Positions 9,668 through 18,934 of a stretch of 64,000 bases of DNA are shown here, in pieces (the stretch's first letter is position 1; each line of letters starts with the position of its first letter). The stretch comes from Candidatus Cloacimonadales bacterium. Its GTDB lineage: Bacteria; Cloacimonadota; Cloacimonadia; Cloacimonadales; JAIOQZ01. The stretch lies in contig CAXXTU010000002.1 of the NCBI GenBank assembly GCA_963662655.2, forward strand, positions 2,656,001-2,720,000, given 5' to 3'. The position numbers and the translations under genes are program-made. The notes below the pieces were generated by a model that had not been told where the DNA came from, did not search any database, and saw nothing but the letters and a program-made list of their open reading frames with translations.

Positions 9668-10348
9668 GTGGAAAACACGATTTATATTCTCGATGACGAA
9701 GAAGATATTTTGTCTCTTGTCTCTCTCAATTTAAAGAAGTCAGGATTTCATCCTGTCGCGTTCGACAATGCGCGAGATTTTCACAAAGCGCTGCAAAGCA
9801 ATATTCCGGCGCTGGTCATCCTCGACCTCATGCTGCCGAACACGGACGGTATGGAAATCTGCAAATCTCTCCGCAAGGATGAACGCCTGGCAGGTCTTCC
9901 CATCATTATGCTCACCGCGCGGGAAGACGAGATGGACCGTGTTCTAGGCCTCGAACTGGGAGCTGACGACTACGTGACCAAGCCGTTCTCCCCTCGGGAA
10001 CTGATCGCCCGTATCAAGGCGGTTTTACGTCGCACCAAACCCGTCAGTAAAACCACCCGGAAGCTTTCGGCAGGAATCCTCACCATGGATTTCAACACCT
10101 ACGAGGTATGGGTCAAAGATGAGAAAATCACCCTGACCTCCACCGAATTCCGGCTGCTCAAGCTGCTGGTCGAGAGAAAAGGCTGGGTCTTCAGTCGCGA
10201 ACAGATCCTCGACTACCTGTGGGGCAAGGAAAAGATCGTTATCGATCGCACCGTCGACGTCCATATCAAGAATCTTCGCGAAAAGCTTCTGGAAGCCGGA
10301 GATTACATCAAGAACGTTCGCGGCGTCGGCTATAAAATAGAACTCTGA
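9668..10348 (+). CDS. phoB: OmpR/PhoB-family response regulator
   Basis: Receiver domain (ILDD, LDLMLP, GADDYVTKPFS) plus winged helix (RTVDVHI, VRGVGY); next to the pst operon. Confidence 0.88.
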   Translation: MENTIYILDDEEDILSLVSLNLKKSGFHPVAFDNARDFHKALQSNIPALVILDLMLPNTDGMEICKSLRKDERLAGLPIIMLTAREDEMDRVLGLELGADDYVTKPFSPRELIARIKAVLRRTKPVSKTTRKLSAGILTMDFNTYEVWVKDEKITLTSTEFRLLKLLVERKGWVFSREQILDYLWGKEKIVIDRTVDVHIKNLREKLLEAGDYIKNVRGVGYKIEL

Positions 10349-10350
10349 TT

Positions 10351-12090
10351 ATGAACCGGCACAGCATATTCAAAATCATCGTCCGCAACGCGATACCTGT
10401 CGTGATCGTATTACTGGCAATGATCATCTGCTGCATGACCGTGCTGAATCATCAGTACAAGAAGAACGTCTTCAGAAATCTCAATTCCATCGCTACCATC
10501 CTGAAGGACGACCTCAAGCAGATCAACACGATTTCACCCGATCCCAGCAAGGTGATCGATCTCGAGAAATACCGCGTGGGATCCTTCCGGATTTCGATCA
10601 TCGACCACCACGGTGGCGTCGTCGCAGATACACACCCGGAAGAGAACGATCTCTCCTATCTCTACAAACGGCCGGAGATCGTGAAAGGTCTCCACGGGGA
10701 ACCCGACGTCCGGGTGCGCGTCAATTCGGGAAAGCGAGTATTTTACTATGTATCGCCCCTGAGCTTCGAAGATACCAACATGGACAAGCTCAAGACCGTT
10801 CTTTACTTGCGGTTTACGGATTTGGAGCCGTCTTTTACGCGCTATCTGCCCGTCCTGCTCGGTATCGCATTGCTTCTCCTGCTGATGACGTTCTTTTTCC
10901 AGTACCACATCACCCACAGGGAATATGCGCTCTACGATCTGATCGTTAGTAAAATCCAATCGGTTTTGAAAGGTAAGGATTTTCCCGGTAACATCCCGCA
11001 CAACATGGGGCATTACCAGAGCCTTATGGACGAAGTCAACGAGCTGAGCCGTCGTTACACACAGGATTCCACCGAGTTCACTCAGCTCAAGCGGATTCAG
11101 GACACCTTTTTCAATTCGATCGATGCCAATATCTGCATCGTGGAATCGTCGGGGAACATCCTCTTCAAAAGCGCAAGCTTCAATCAGATGTTTTCCTCCG
11201 TTGATATTTCCGGCAAGAAACTACAGGAGATTGCCCGCAGCGACGAGCTTGCAGAGATTCTCGATACCGTTTTCTCAACCAGGAAAAACCTCAAGCGCGA
11301 GATCATCTGGAACCGGGAATTTTACAATGTAAGCGCATCGTACATCAGTGAAGAAAACTACGTTGCGCTCTTCCTGTACAATATCACGGACATCAAGCAA
11401 ACCGAGATCATGCAGCGGGAGTTCATCCAGAACGTCTCGCACGAGCTCAAGACGCCTCTCACGTCGATCAAGGGATTCCTGGAAACCCTTCAGGAAGACA
11501 TCAAAGACGAGGAGAGCCTCCAGTATCTATCCATCATCGATCGCAACACCAACCGGCTGATCCGGATCATCCAAGACCTCTTCATCCTCACCAGGAACGA
11601 AAATGGACACGACAAACGTTTCGAGCCGATCAACATCTCGAAGATGATACGCCAGCTCGGGGCCAACCTGAACGGCGAGATCGCGGAGAAGGGTCTGGAA
11701 TTGCTTCTGGATATCGATGAAGAGAATCTCACAGTTGTCGGAGACCACTTCAAGCTCGAGCAGGTATTCATCAACCTGATACGCAATGCGATGCAACATA
11801 CGGAGCAAGGGATGATTCATCTGAGCTGCTTCCTCGAGAAAGACATGGTACAGATCATCGTTCAGGACACGGGTATCGGCATCCCGCAGAAGCATATCCC
11901 CTTCCTGTTCGATCGTTTTTACGTCGTGGATAAATCACGCTCCAAGAAGTACGGAGGTACGGGACTGGGGCTCAGTATCGCCAAACAAATCGTTTCGCAA
12001 CACGAAGGCACGATTCAAATCGAAAGCACCGTCGGCAAGGGGACTCGCGTTGCCGTAGAGATTCCCACAGCCAATTCTTCCAACAAATGA
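10351..12090 (+). CDS. phoR: Phosphate regulon sensor histidine kinase
   Basis: Two TM segments, NVSHELKTPLT H-box, DTGIGIP, FDRFYVVDKSRS, GGTGLGLSI. Confidence 0.88.
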   Translation: MNRHSIFKIIVRNAIPVVIVLLAMIICCMTVLNHQYKKNVFRNLNSIATILKDDLKQINTISPDPSKVIDLEKYRVGSFRISIIDHHGGVVADTHPEENDLSYLYKRPEIVKGLHGEPDVRVRVNSGKRVFYYVSPLSFEDTNMDKLKTVLYLRFTDLEPSFTRYLPVLLGIALLLLLMTFFFQYHITHREYALYDLIVSKIQSVLKGKDFPGNIPHNMGHYQSLMDEVNELSRRYTQDSTEFTQLKRIQDTFFNSIDANICIVESSGNILFKSASFNQMFSSVDISGKKLQEIARSDELAEILDTVFSTRKNLKREIIWNREFYNVSASYISEENYVALFLYNITDIKQTEIMQREFIQNVSHELKTPLTSIKGFLETLQEDIKDEESLQYLSIIDRNTNRLIRIIQDLFILTRNENGHDKRFEPINISKMIRQLGANLNGEIAEKGLELLLDIDEENLTVVGDHFKLEQVFINLIRNAMQHTEQGMIHLSCFLEKDMVQIIVQDTGIGIPQKHIPFLFDRFYVVDKSRSKKYGGTGLGLSIAKQIVSQHEGTIQIESTVGKGTRVAVEIPTANSSNK

Positions 12091-12590
12091 AACACTATTT
12101 TATCGGGAAACACAATTGTATGATCGATCAAACCGCCATGAAGATGGTGAAAGCCATCGCGGCTCAGTATGCGAAATACGGAGCGTCGTTTGACGATCTC
12201 GTACAGGAAGGACTGATCGGGTACATGGAAGCGCTCAAACGGTTCGACCCCACCAAGGGAGCCGAACTAACCACCTACGCGCCCTACTGGATCAAGAAGA
12301 TGATCCTTCAGTTCCTGGACAACGAGATCAAATTCAGGTCGCGCACCGTTGAACTCAACGAGGGAGTTCTCGGTGACGACATCATGACCGAGCCGGAGCA
12401 AGAGACAAAAATAAACCTGCCGGAAGATATGCCTTTCATCGAGCAAAACATCATCCGACAGGTGTACGAGGAAAATCGTTCTCTATCCGAAATCTCCGAT
12501 CTGCTGGGAATCCGTCGCGAGAGAATCCGTCAGATCAAGCAAAAAGCGATGCGAAGACTGCGGCTCACGCTCAAGGCGGAGGGCTTTTAG
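12087..12590 (+). CDS. Short sigma-70 family factor (regions 2 and 4)
   Basis: DDLVQEGLIG..RFDP.KG..TYAPYWIK and SLSEISDLLGIRRERIRQIKQKAMRRLR; ATGA overlap with the phoR stop. Confidence 0.85.
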   Translation: MKHYFIGKHNCMIDQTAMKMVKAIAAQYAKYGASFDDLVQEGLIGYMEALKRFDPTKGAELTTYAPYWIKKMILQFLDNEIKFRSRTVELNEGVLGDDIMTEPEQETKINLPEDMPFIEQNIIRQVYEENRSLSEISDLLGIRRERIRQIKQKAMRRLRLTLKAEGF

Positions 12591-13249
12591 AAAGCCCCGT
12601 GCCGAACGATCTTGCCGTCGACCATGTAGATGGTGTCTTCCGCGATATTCGTCGCCAGGTCTCCGATGCGTTCGAAGTATCTGAAGATGTTGATATAGCG
12701 TAGCAGCACGCCGATGTACGACGGATTCTTCGTCATTTCGTTCTTCAGGTAGGTGATCATGTTGCGAACCATATCGTCGAGTACGTCATCCATCTTGCAG
12801 ACATCCACCGCCAGCTTGACGTCCTGATTGAACATTGCGTCGAGGCTTAGCCGCACCATCTCGAGCGCCTTGGTCGAGATTTCTTCGAAGTTGAAATGCG
12901 GGTTCAGCTCGGGCTTCGAGTACTCGCTCATGTAGATGGCGTTTTTCGAGAGGTTTACGGCCATATCGCCCATGCGTTCGAGATCGTTGTTGATCTTCAG
13001 CATGCCGACGATGAACCTGAGATCGTTGGCGACGGGCTGATACAGCGCGAACATCTTGAGGCAGTCCTCTTCGATCTCCACTTCTCGACTATCGATATCG
13101 TTGTCTTTATGAATGATTTGCTGCGCGAGATCGGAATCGCGATTCTCGACGGCCTGCGTGGCTTCTTTCAGCATCGATTCCACCGACATCGCCAGCGACA
13201 TGATGTTTTTCTTGAGATCCTCGATCTCTCTCCAAAGGTGTATCATCAT
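12587..13249 (-). CDS. phoU: Phosphate signalling protein PhoU
   Basis: QPVANDLR, DLERMGD, ERIGDLATNIAE. Confidence 0.95.
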   Translation of the reverse strand: MMIHLWREIEDLKKNIMSLAMSVESMLKEATQAVENRDSDLAQQIIHKDNDIDSREVEIEEDCLKMFALYQPVANDLRFIVGMLKINNDLERMGDMAVNLSKNAIYMSEYSKPELNPHFNFEEISTKALEMVRLSLDAMFNQDVKLAVDVCKMDDVLDDMVRNMITYLKNEMTKNPSYIGVLLRYINIFRYFERIGDLATNIAEDTIYMVDGKIVRHGAF

Positions 13250-13257
13250 CACTCCTT

Positions 13258-14088
13258 TTATCCAAAACGACCCGTGATATAGTCTTCTGTTTTCTGCATT
13301 CTCGGTCTTCTGAAAAGCAGCGAGGTCTCGGAAAACTCGATCAAGTCGCCTTCGTAGAAGAAGGCTGTGTAATCGGAGACACGAGCAGCCTGCTGCATGT
13401 TGTGGGTCACGATAATAATCGTGTAATTCTTTACCAGCTCGTCAATCAAATCTTCGATTTTCAATGTCGCCTGTGGATCGAGAGCCGAAGTCGGCTCGTC
13501 CATGAGCAGGATTTCCGGGTTCGCCGCCAGCGCTCGCGCGATGCAGAGTCGCTGCTGCTGACCGCCGGAAAGCCCGAGCGCGTTCTTGTCCAGGCGATCC
13601 TTGACTTCGTCCCAAATCGCCGCTTTACGCAGGCAGGTTTCCACGATCTCATCCAGCTTTTTCTTGCTTCTCACACCCTGGAGACGCTGGCTGAAGATGA
13701 TGTTTTCGTAGATCGATTTCGGGAACGGATTCGGTTTCTGAAATACCATTCCGATCCTCTTACGGAGCGTAACAACATCGATTCTCGGATCGTGGACATC
13801 CTGGCCCTCGAAGACGAGTTTCCCCTTGTTGTGACAAACGGGAATCAGGTCGTTCATGCGATTCAAGGCACGCAAGTAAGTACTCTTCCCACAGCCGCTG
13901 GGTCCGATAATCGCCGTGACCTTTTTCTGCGGCACGTGCATGGACACCTTCTTCACGGCTTCGTGGTTTCCGTAGAAGATCGAGAAATCTTCCGAGTATA
14001 TATGAGCCTCCTCGCGTGGGATCAGCGTACCTTCAATCGCGGGGTATTTATCTTCGTTGGTCTCGTTCATGTTTTCGGCTTGTAACAT
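13258..14088 (-). CDS. pstB: Phosphate ABC transporter ATPase
   Basis: [42 protein letters not shown]. Confidence 0.97.
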   Translation of the reverse strand: MLQAENMNETNEDKYPAIEGTLIPREEAHIYSEDFSIFYGNHEAVKKVSMHVPQKKVTAIIGPSGCGKSTYLRALNRMNDLIPVCHNKGKLVFEGQDVHDPRIDVVTLRKRIGMVFQKPNPFPKSIYENIIFSQRLQGVRSKKKLDEIVETCLRKAAIWDEVKDRLDKNALGLSGGQQQRLCIARALAANPEILLMDEPTSALDPQATLKIEDLIDELVKNYTIIIVTHNMQQAARVSDYTAFFYEGDLIEFSETSLLFRRPRMQKTEDYITGRFG

Positions 14089-14089
14089 T

Positions 14090-15451
14090 TTAACCTCTTA
14101 GTTTCTTGGATATTCTAGCACGCAGAATAATCGCGAACAGATTCAATGTGAGAACCAGCAATATCAGTGTCAGAACCATTCCGAACTGCACGTGGCGTAT
14201 CTCTTCCACCGCTTCGTGCTCGGTGGCAAGGTTGTAGATATTCCAGGAAAGCGCCGGGGTTCCGTTGTTGAAGACTTCAAATATCTTGAGGGGCTTGCCC
14301 ACGCTGACCGCTGCAGTGAAGATGATCGGAGCGGTTTCGCCGGCTGCGCGTCCCATGCTGATTACGATCCCGGTGAGGATTCCCGGTAGCGACGCGGGAA
14401 GGATTACCTTCAGGACGGATGCCCACTTGGTTGCGCCCAGGCTCAGGGCTGCTTCCTTGTAGGTGTGCGGTACCGCGCGTATGGCCTCTTCAGAAGCCCT
14501 GATGATGGTGGGAAGGATCAATATGGCCAGCGTCATCGAACCTGCAAGGACGCTCTTGTTACTCGAGACGTGCATGGTGTTGATGAAAAACGCAAGGCCG
14601 AACAGACCGAACACAATGCTGGGAACGCCTGCGAGCGTGCTGATACAAGTCCTGAGCAGGCTGACGAATTTCCCCTCTTTCGCGAATTCAGCCAGGAAGA
14701 TCGCCACGATGACTCCCAGAGGAACCGCGAAGAGCATCGCGCCGATTGTCAGGTAGAAGGTTCCCAGCACCTCGGGCCAGATTCCGCCAAAGAAATGAGA
14801 GTCGTATGATTCGTCGAAGAGGAAACGCCAGTAGAACGTGAAGCGGGGTCGCAGGATATCCTTGATATGTGCCTGGAACCAGGGAAAGAACTCTTCCATG
14901 GACGTCCCTTTGAAATCCTCGACGCGGGATATCTGGCGGAGGCGTCCTTCCTCGTTGCCGCTTTCGCCATAGTACCATTCTTGCCGGTTCAGAACCAGAT
15001 CGACCAGCATTCTGGTGCGACCGTCCCATCTCGTCCTGCCGTAGTTATCGCTCGGCAGTACGGAGTGCGGCTCCGTTCCAGGCTGCGGCCCGAGAAGCTT
15101 GTATAGTGTCTCTTCGATCTCGTCCAGATCCTGGTTGAAGCGTCTGCGGTCCGAGTAGGAGAACTCGGTGAGTTCGTTCTCGCGGAAGTAGGCGATTTTC
15201 TCGTAAACAGGTTTTCTCAGCTCCTGGCTGAGCGCGATTTCCGCGTTGATTTTCTTAGAGCTTCCCCTTCCGAAAGTATCGTATTGAAATCTTCTGAATT
15301 CTACAGTTCCCTGGAAGAAGAATGCTCCCAAACCTTTATAAAAAATGGGTACCAGAAGAACCAGGAGGGAAAGCGCCATAAAAATGATGGAAACGAATCC
15401 GAAACCCGTGAAGGAGCGATCCAGTACTTTTCTCGTTCTAAGCTGTGCCAT
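14090..15451 (-). CDS. pstA: Phosphate ABC transporter permease PstA (large extracytoplasmic insert)
   Basis: [32 protein letters not shown]. Confidence 0.93.
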   Translation of the reverse strand: MAQLRTRKVLDRSFTGFGFVSIIFMALSLLVLLVPIFYKGLGAFFFQGTVEFRRFQYDTFGRGSSKKINAEIALSQELRKPVYEKIAYFRENELTEFSYSDRRRFNQDLDEIEETLYKLLGPQPGTEPHSVLPSDNYGRTRWDGRTRMLVDLVLNRQEWYYGESGNEEGRLRQISRVEDFKGTSMEEFFPWFQAHIKDILRPRFTFYWRFLFDESYDSHFFGGIWPEVLGTFYLTIGAMLFAVPLGVIVAIFLAEFAKEGKFVSLLRTCISTLAGVPSIVFGLFGLAFFINTMHVSSNKSVLAGSMTLAILILPTIIRASEEAIRAVPHTYKEAALSLGATKWASVLKVILPASLPGILTGIVISMGRAAGETAPIIFTAAVSVGKPLKIFEVFNNGTPALSWNIYNLATEHEAVEEIRHVQFGMVLTLILLVLTLNLFAIILRARISKKLRG

Positions 15452-15452
15452 C

Positions 15453-16610
15453 TCAACATCCTTTCAGTTTCTTGCGAGCCCGAACAACGATCCACTCGCT
15501 CACCAGGTTGCTGACAAACGAGAAAACAAGCAGACACAAGCCCATTGCAAACAACACGTGGAATCTCGCGGAACCTGTTGACTGATCCGCCTCCCCCATA
15601 TCGCCGGCGATGGTAGCGGTGAGTGTGCGGATCGGCTCGAATAGATTGAACCAGGGCTCAGGAACATGAGCCGCGTTGCCTGAGGCCATCCACACCACCA
15701 TTGTTTCGCCCAGCGCGCGCATGGTTCCGAGGATCACTGCCGCGATGATGCCGCTGCTTGCTGCAGGGATTACAACCTTCAGCAGGGTTTCCGCTCTTGT
15801 AGCTCCGAGTGCGTAACTGCCTTCCCGGAGATCGCGGCCAACCGCCTGGAGCGCGTCTTCCGAAACGCTGACTACCGTTGGCAATGCCATGATTCCGAGG
15901 ATGATGGATACGTTTAACGCGTTCGTACCGCTGGAAATCTGGATGCCACGTGCTTGTGAACCGGCATAGTAAAGAATGCCGAGACTAATGAGTACGAAAA
16001 GCCCGAGAATGATAAAATAGGACGCTTTTTTCAAATTGTATTTTGACTGCACCAGATCCGCCAGCAAGAAAACTAAAATCGTGAGAAGAGGGAAGCCGGC
16101 GATCCAGATTGCAACCGTGAGGAAAATCCCGCCGTGGTTTTGCAGAAGCGGAGCGAAAATCACCAGCGCGAAGAAGCCGTAGACTACCGAGGGGATCGCG
16201 GCCAGGATTTCGATAACCGGCTTGACCATCTGGCGGATTTTGAACGGCATCACGTCGCTGAGGGATACCGCGGCGACCACTCCCAGCGGCACACACACCA
16301 CAACCGCGCCCACCGTCACGATCGCCGATCCGAAGAAGATGGCGAACGCGCCAAAGCGAGCGGGATCGTGCGTGGGATACCAGGCCGTGCTGGTAAAAAA
16401 CTCTTTTATGCCCTGAAGTTGGAAGAACGGTATCGCGTCTTTGGCGATGACATAGATGATGAAGAAGAGCGTTATCATCGTCACCGACGCCACAAGGAAC
16501 AGAAATCCATGAGCAAGGGAAGAGGCCAGCCTTCTGAAAAGACTGGCTCTCTCGCTCATTAAAAGTGATTTCTTCGTACCGTTCTGATTTGAAACGGTTG
16601 TATTTTCCAT
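15453..16610 (-). CDS. pstC: Phosphate ABC transporter permease PstC
   Basis: EILAAIPSVVYG, RALGETMVV, RTLTATIA. Confidence 0.93.
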   Translation of the reverse strand: MENTTVSNQNGTKKSLLMSERASLFRRLASSLAHGFLFLVASVTMITLFFIIYVIAKDAIPFFQLQGIKEFFTSTAWYPTHDPARFGAFAIFFGSAIVTVGAVVVCVPLGVVAAVSLSDVMPFKIRQMVKPVIEILAAIPSVVYGFFALVIFAPLLQNHGGIFLTVAIWIAGFPLLTILVFLLADLVQSKYNLKKASYFIILGLFVLISLGILYYAGSQARGIQISSGTNALNVSIILGIMALPTVVSVSEDALQAVGRDLREGSYALGATRAETLLKVVIPAASSGIIAAVILGTMRALGETMVVWMASGNAAHVPEPWFNLFEPIRTLTATIAGDMGEADQSTGSARFHVLFAMGLCLLVFSFVSNLVSEWIVVRARKKLKGC

Positions 16611-16637
16611 GTTTCCTTCAAATAAAGCTTCTGAAGT

Positions 16638-17462
16638 TTACTTATAGGACGTGACCGGAATGTATCCGATCGATTCGATCATGTTCTGCCCTTCTTTGGT
16701 CAGATAGATGTTTATGAACTTATATACCCAAGATCCCATTTTGGGGTAGCCGTTGGTGAACATGAAAAGCGGACGAGCGATTGGGTAGTCGCCGAGGGAG
16801 ATGGTTTTCGGGTTTGCTTCAACGTCGTTGACGGTAAGAGCTTTTACCGAACGATCGACAAAACCGAGGCCGACGTAAGCAATCGCGCCCTTGGTGCTCT
16901 GTACGCGCTGGCGTGCCTGTCCGTTGCTTCCAACGTATTCTGCGCCATCGACGATTTTTTCTTTCTTCATTACGAGACCTTCGAAAGTTTCGTACGTACC
17001 GCTATTGGTATCGCGGCTGATCACGACGATTTTTTCATTTGCGCCGCCAAGCTCTTTCCAGTTGGTGATCTTGCCCATATAAACGTCTTTGATCTGGTCG
17101 ACCGTGAGGTTCTTCACAGGGTTGCTGGGATGAACGATCATGGCGATTCCGTCAAATGCCACAACGTGAGCCACAGGTGTTACGCCTTTTTCCACGCAGC
17201 TGTTGAATTCTTTCTCTTTCATGAAGCGAGACATGTTCGCGATATCGCAGGTGCTATTCATAAGGCTCTTTGCGCCGTTTCCGCTACCCGATTCGCTTAC
17301 TTCAACGTTAACTTCCGGATACATCTTCATGTAATATTCCGCAAACGCTTTCGCGATGGGACCCACCGTGGTTGATCCGTCAAGCTTGATGCTTTCTTCC
17401 GCTGTAAGAGATACCATTGCCAGCACTATCAAGATGGCAATCATCCATAATTTCGTATTCAT
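16638..17462 (-). CDS. pstS: Phosphate ABC transporter substrate-binding protein
   Basis: Signal peptide, DGSTTV, GSGNG, SRDTNSGT, YPIARPLF; GGAGG RBS. Confidence 0.95.
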   Translation of the reverse strand: MNTKLWMIAILIVLAMVSLTAEESIKLDGSTTVGPIAKAFAEYYMKMYPEVNVEVSESGSGNGAKSLMNSTCDIANMSRFMKEKEFNSCVEKGVTPVAHVVAFDGIAMIVHPSNPVKNLTVDQIKDVYMGKITNWKELGGANEKIVVISRDTNSGTYETFEGLVMKKEKIVDGAEYVGSNGQARQRVQSTKGAIAYVGLGFVDRSVKALTVNDVEANPKTISLGDYPIARPLFMFTNGYPKMGSWVYKFINIYLTKEGQNMIESIGYIPVTSYK

Positions 17463-17532
17463 TCCTTTTACCTCCAAACGTCCAGTTTTTTTTGAGGAAC
17501 TTTACTCAATAATACGTGGCGAAGGTAAATTC

Positions 17533-17564
17533 AGTATAAGCCGCGAGTTAACACTATCCTAACA
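17533..17564 (-). promoter_or_regulatory. Putative Pho box plus -10 element for pstS
   Basis: Minus strand reads TGTTAG-N5-TGTTAA-N9-TATACT, with the same repeat unit as 9559-9586. Confidence 0.65.
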
Positions 17565-17624
17565 ATCCGCTTTCTCCTTTCCCGGAGAGCCCTGTCCCCT
17601 GCTGCTGCGCTTCATCCCGAACAT

Positions 17625-17823
17625 CGGATTCGGCTCACCTGCCCCGCGGCGCGGACGGCGTGTGCGCTTCGCGCACGGCTGGGCCCCCCAGCCAGGAAGT
17701 CCCGCTGGAGCCTTGCGAAATGGATTGAAGCCTCGGACCACCCATCGAACTGCCAGCAACAAAAAATCTCGAAGGGACTTCCAACGCCGTCCGCGCCGCG
17801 GGGCAGGCGAGCGCTCGAATCCG
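17625..17823. other. GC-rich multi-branched structured non-coding element
   Basis: 24-bp perfect inverted repeat (17638-17661 / 17784-17807) enclosing several smaller stems. Confidence 0.6.
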
Positions 17824-17895
17824 TGCATGGTTCTCGAATCACTTGACAAATGTGCCGGCCCACAGTCTGTTATTCTATGTTCAGGGAGAAAGATT

Positions 17896-18837
17896 ATGCT
17901 CAAGACGCTATGCATGGAAGAAATGCCGGGCCTTTTTCATATAGAAATCGAGAAACGAGGCTGGAGCAAGTGGTTTACGCGAATCGAAGAAACCCGTCTT
18001 GCCGAAGGAGAGAATCCGGGCTGGCAGGCGATCATCATTCGCACGAAGACTCGGTTCGATCGCGCAATGTTCCGGAGATTCCCGGATATCAAGCTCCTGA
18101 TTCGAGCCGGAACCGGCTTTGACAACATCGAACTCTGCGCAGCGGGAAACGTTGTCGTATGCAATGCCCCCGAGGCAAACGCGAATGCTGCCGCCGAGCA
18201 CACGCTCTCCTTCATGCTTTCCCTGATCAAACACCTTCCGCAGGCCAGGCAAAACGTTATCGAAGGCAAATGGCGCACGGGCCTGCCCTTCAACCCGGAG
18301 ATTCCGGAACTCAAGGTCTTACTCGTCGGTGTAGGCAGAGTGGGCGGACGGGTCGCGAAAAGCCTCCGGGCGCTCGGCGCTGAAGTCAGAGGTGTCGATC
18401 CATACCTGACGCCATCGGATCGCACTGAAAGGGGTATCGAATTCACAGACTACTACTCCGGCTTGCAGTGGTGCAATGTGCTCAGCTTCCATTGTCCGCT
18501 AACAGAAGAAACACGCCACTATTTCTCGGAGACGCAGCTCGATTCTCTCGAACTCCCAATCTGGCTGATCAACACATCTCGCGGAGCGGTCGTGGATATC
18601 AAGGCTGTTGAGGATGGTCTTGATTCGGGCAAGATTCTTGGAGCAGCCCTGGACGTGTTCGAGCAGGAGCCCTGGATTCCAAACGCTCTGGCAAGCAATC
18701 CTCGCGTGATCCTCTCCCCTCATTCGGGGGCGAGAACGAAAGCAGCGCGCGAACGACTTTCTCTGGAAACGCTCAACGTATGGGAACAGTACGCCTTCAA
18801 AGGCAAAATCATGAACTCTGTTTCAATGAAGTTTTAA
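17896..18837 (+). CDS. D-isomer-specific 2-hydroxyacid dehydrogenase (SerA-like)
   Basis: RAGTGFDNI, GVGRVG, FHCPLT, INTSRG, LDVFEQEP, SPHSG; GGGAGA RBS before ATG 17896. Confidence 0.88.
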   Translation: MLKTLCMEEMPGLFHIEIEKRGWSKWFTRIEETRLAEGENPGWQAIIIRTKTRFDRAMFRRFPDIKLLIRAGTGFDNIELCAAGNVVVCNAPEANANAAAEHTLSFMLSLIKHLPQARQNVIEGKWRTGLPFNPEIPELKVLLVGVGRVGGRVAKSLRALGAEVRGVDPYLTPSDRTERGIEFTDYYSGLQWCNVLSFHCPLTEETRHYFSETQLDSLELPIWLINTSRGAVVDIKAVEDGLDSGKILGAALDVFEQEPWIPNALASNPRVILSPHSGARTKAARERLSLETLNVWEQYAFKGKIMNSVSMKF

Positions 18838-18934
18838 TGCAAGCGACCCATTCATAAACAAGGCGTAATCATATTATTATAAAAAAATAAAATAAGCTTG
18901 ACACATTCGCTCGCATATACGCTCTAATTGCTTC

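Noticed and set aside
17662..17895. 78-aa N-terminal extension of the dehydrogenase given in the ORF track
   Set aside because: It is read-through of the GC-rich structured element; the RBS and family similarity start at ATG 17896.
18905..18918. 14-nt match TTCGCTCGCATATA shared with about 57635
   Set aside because: A single short match with no shared flanks or symmetry; it could be chance.
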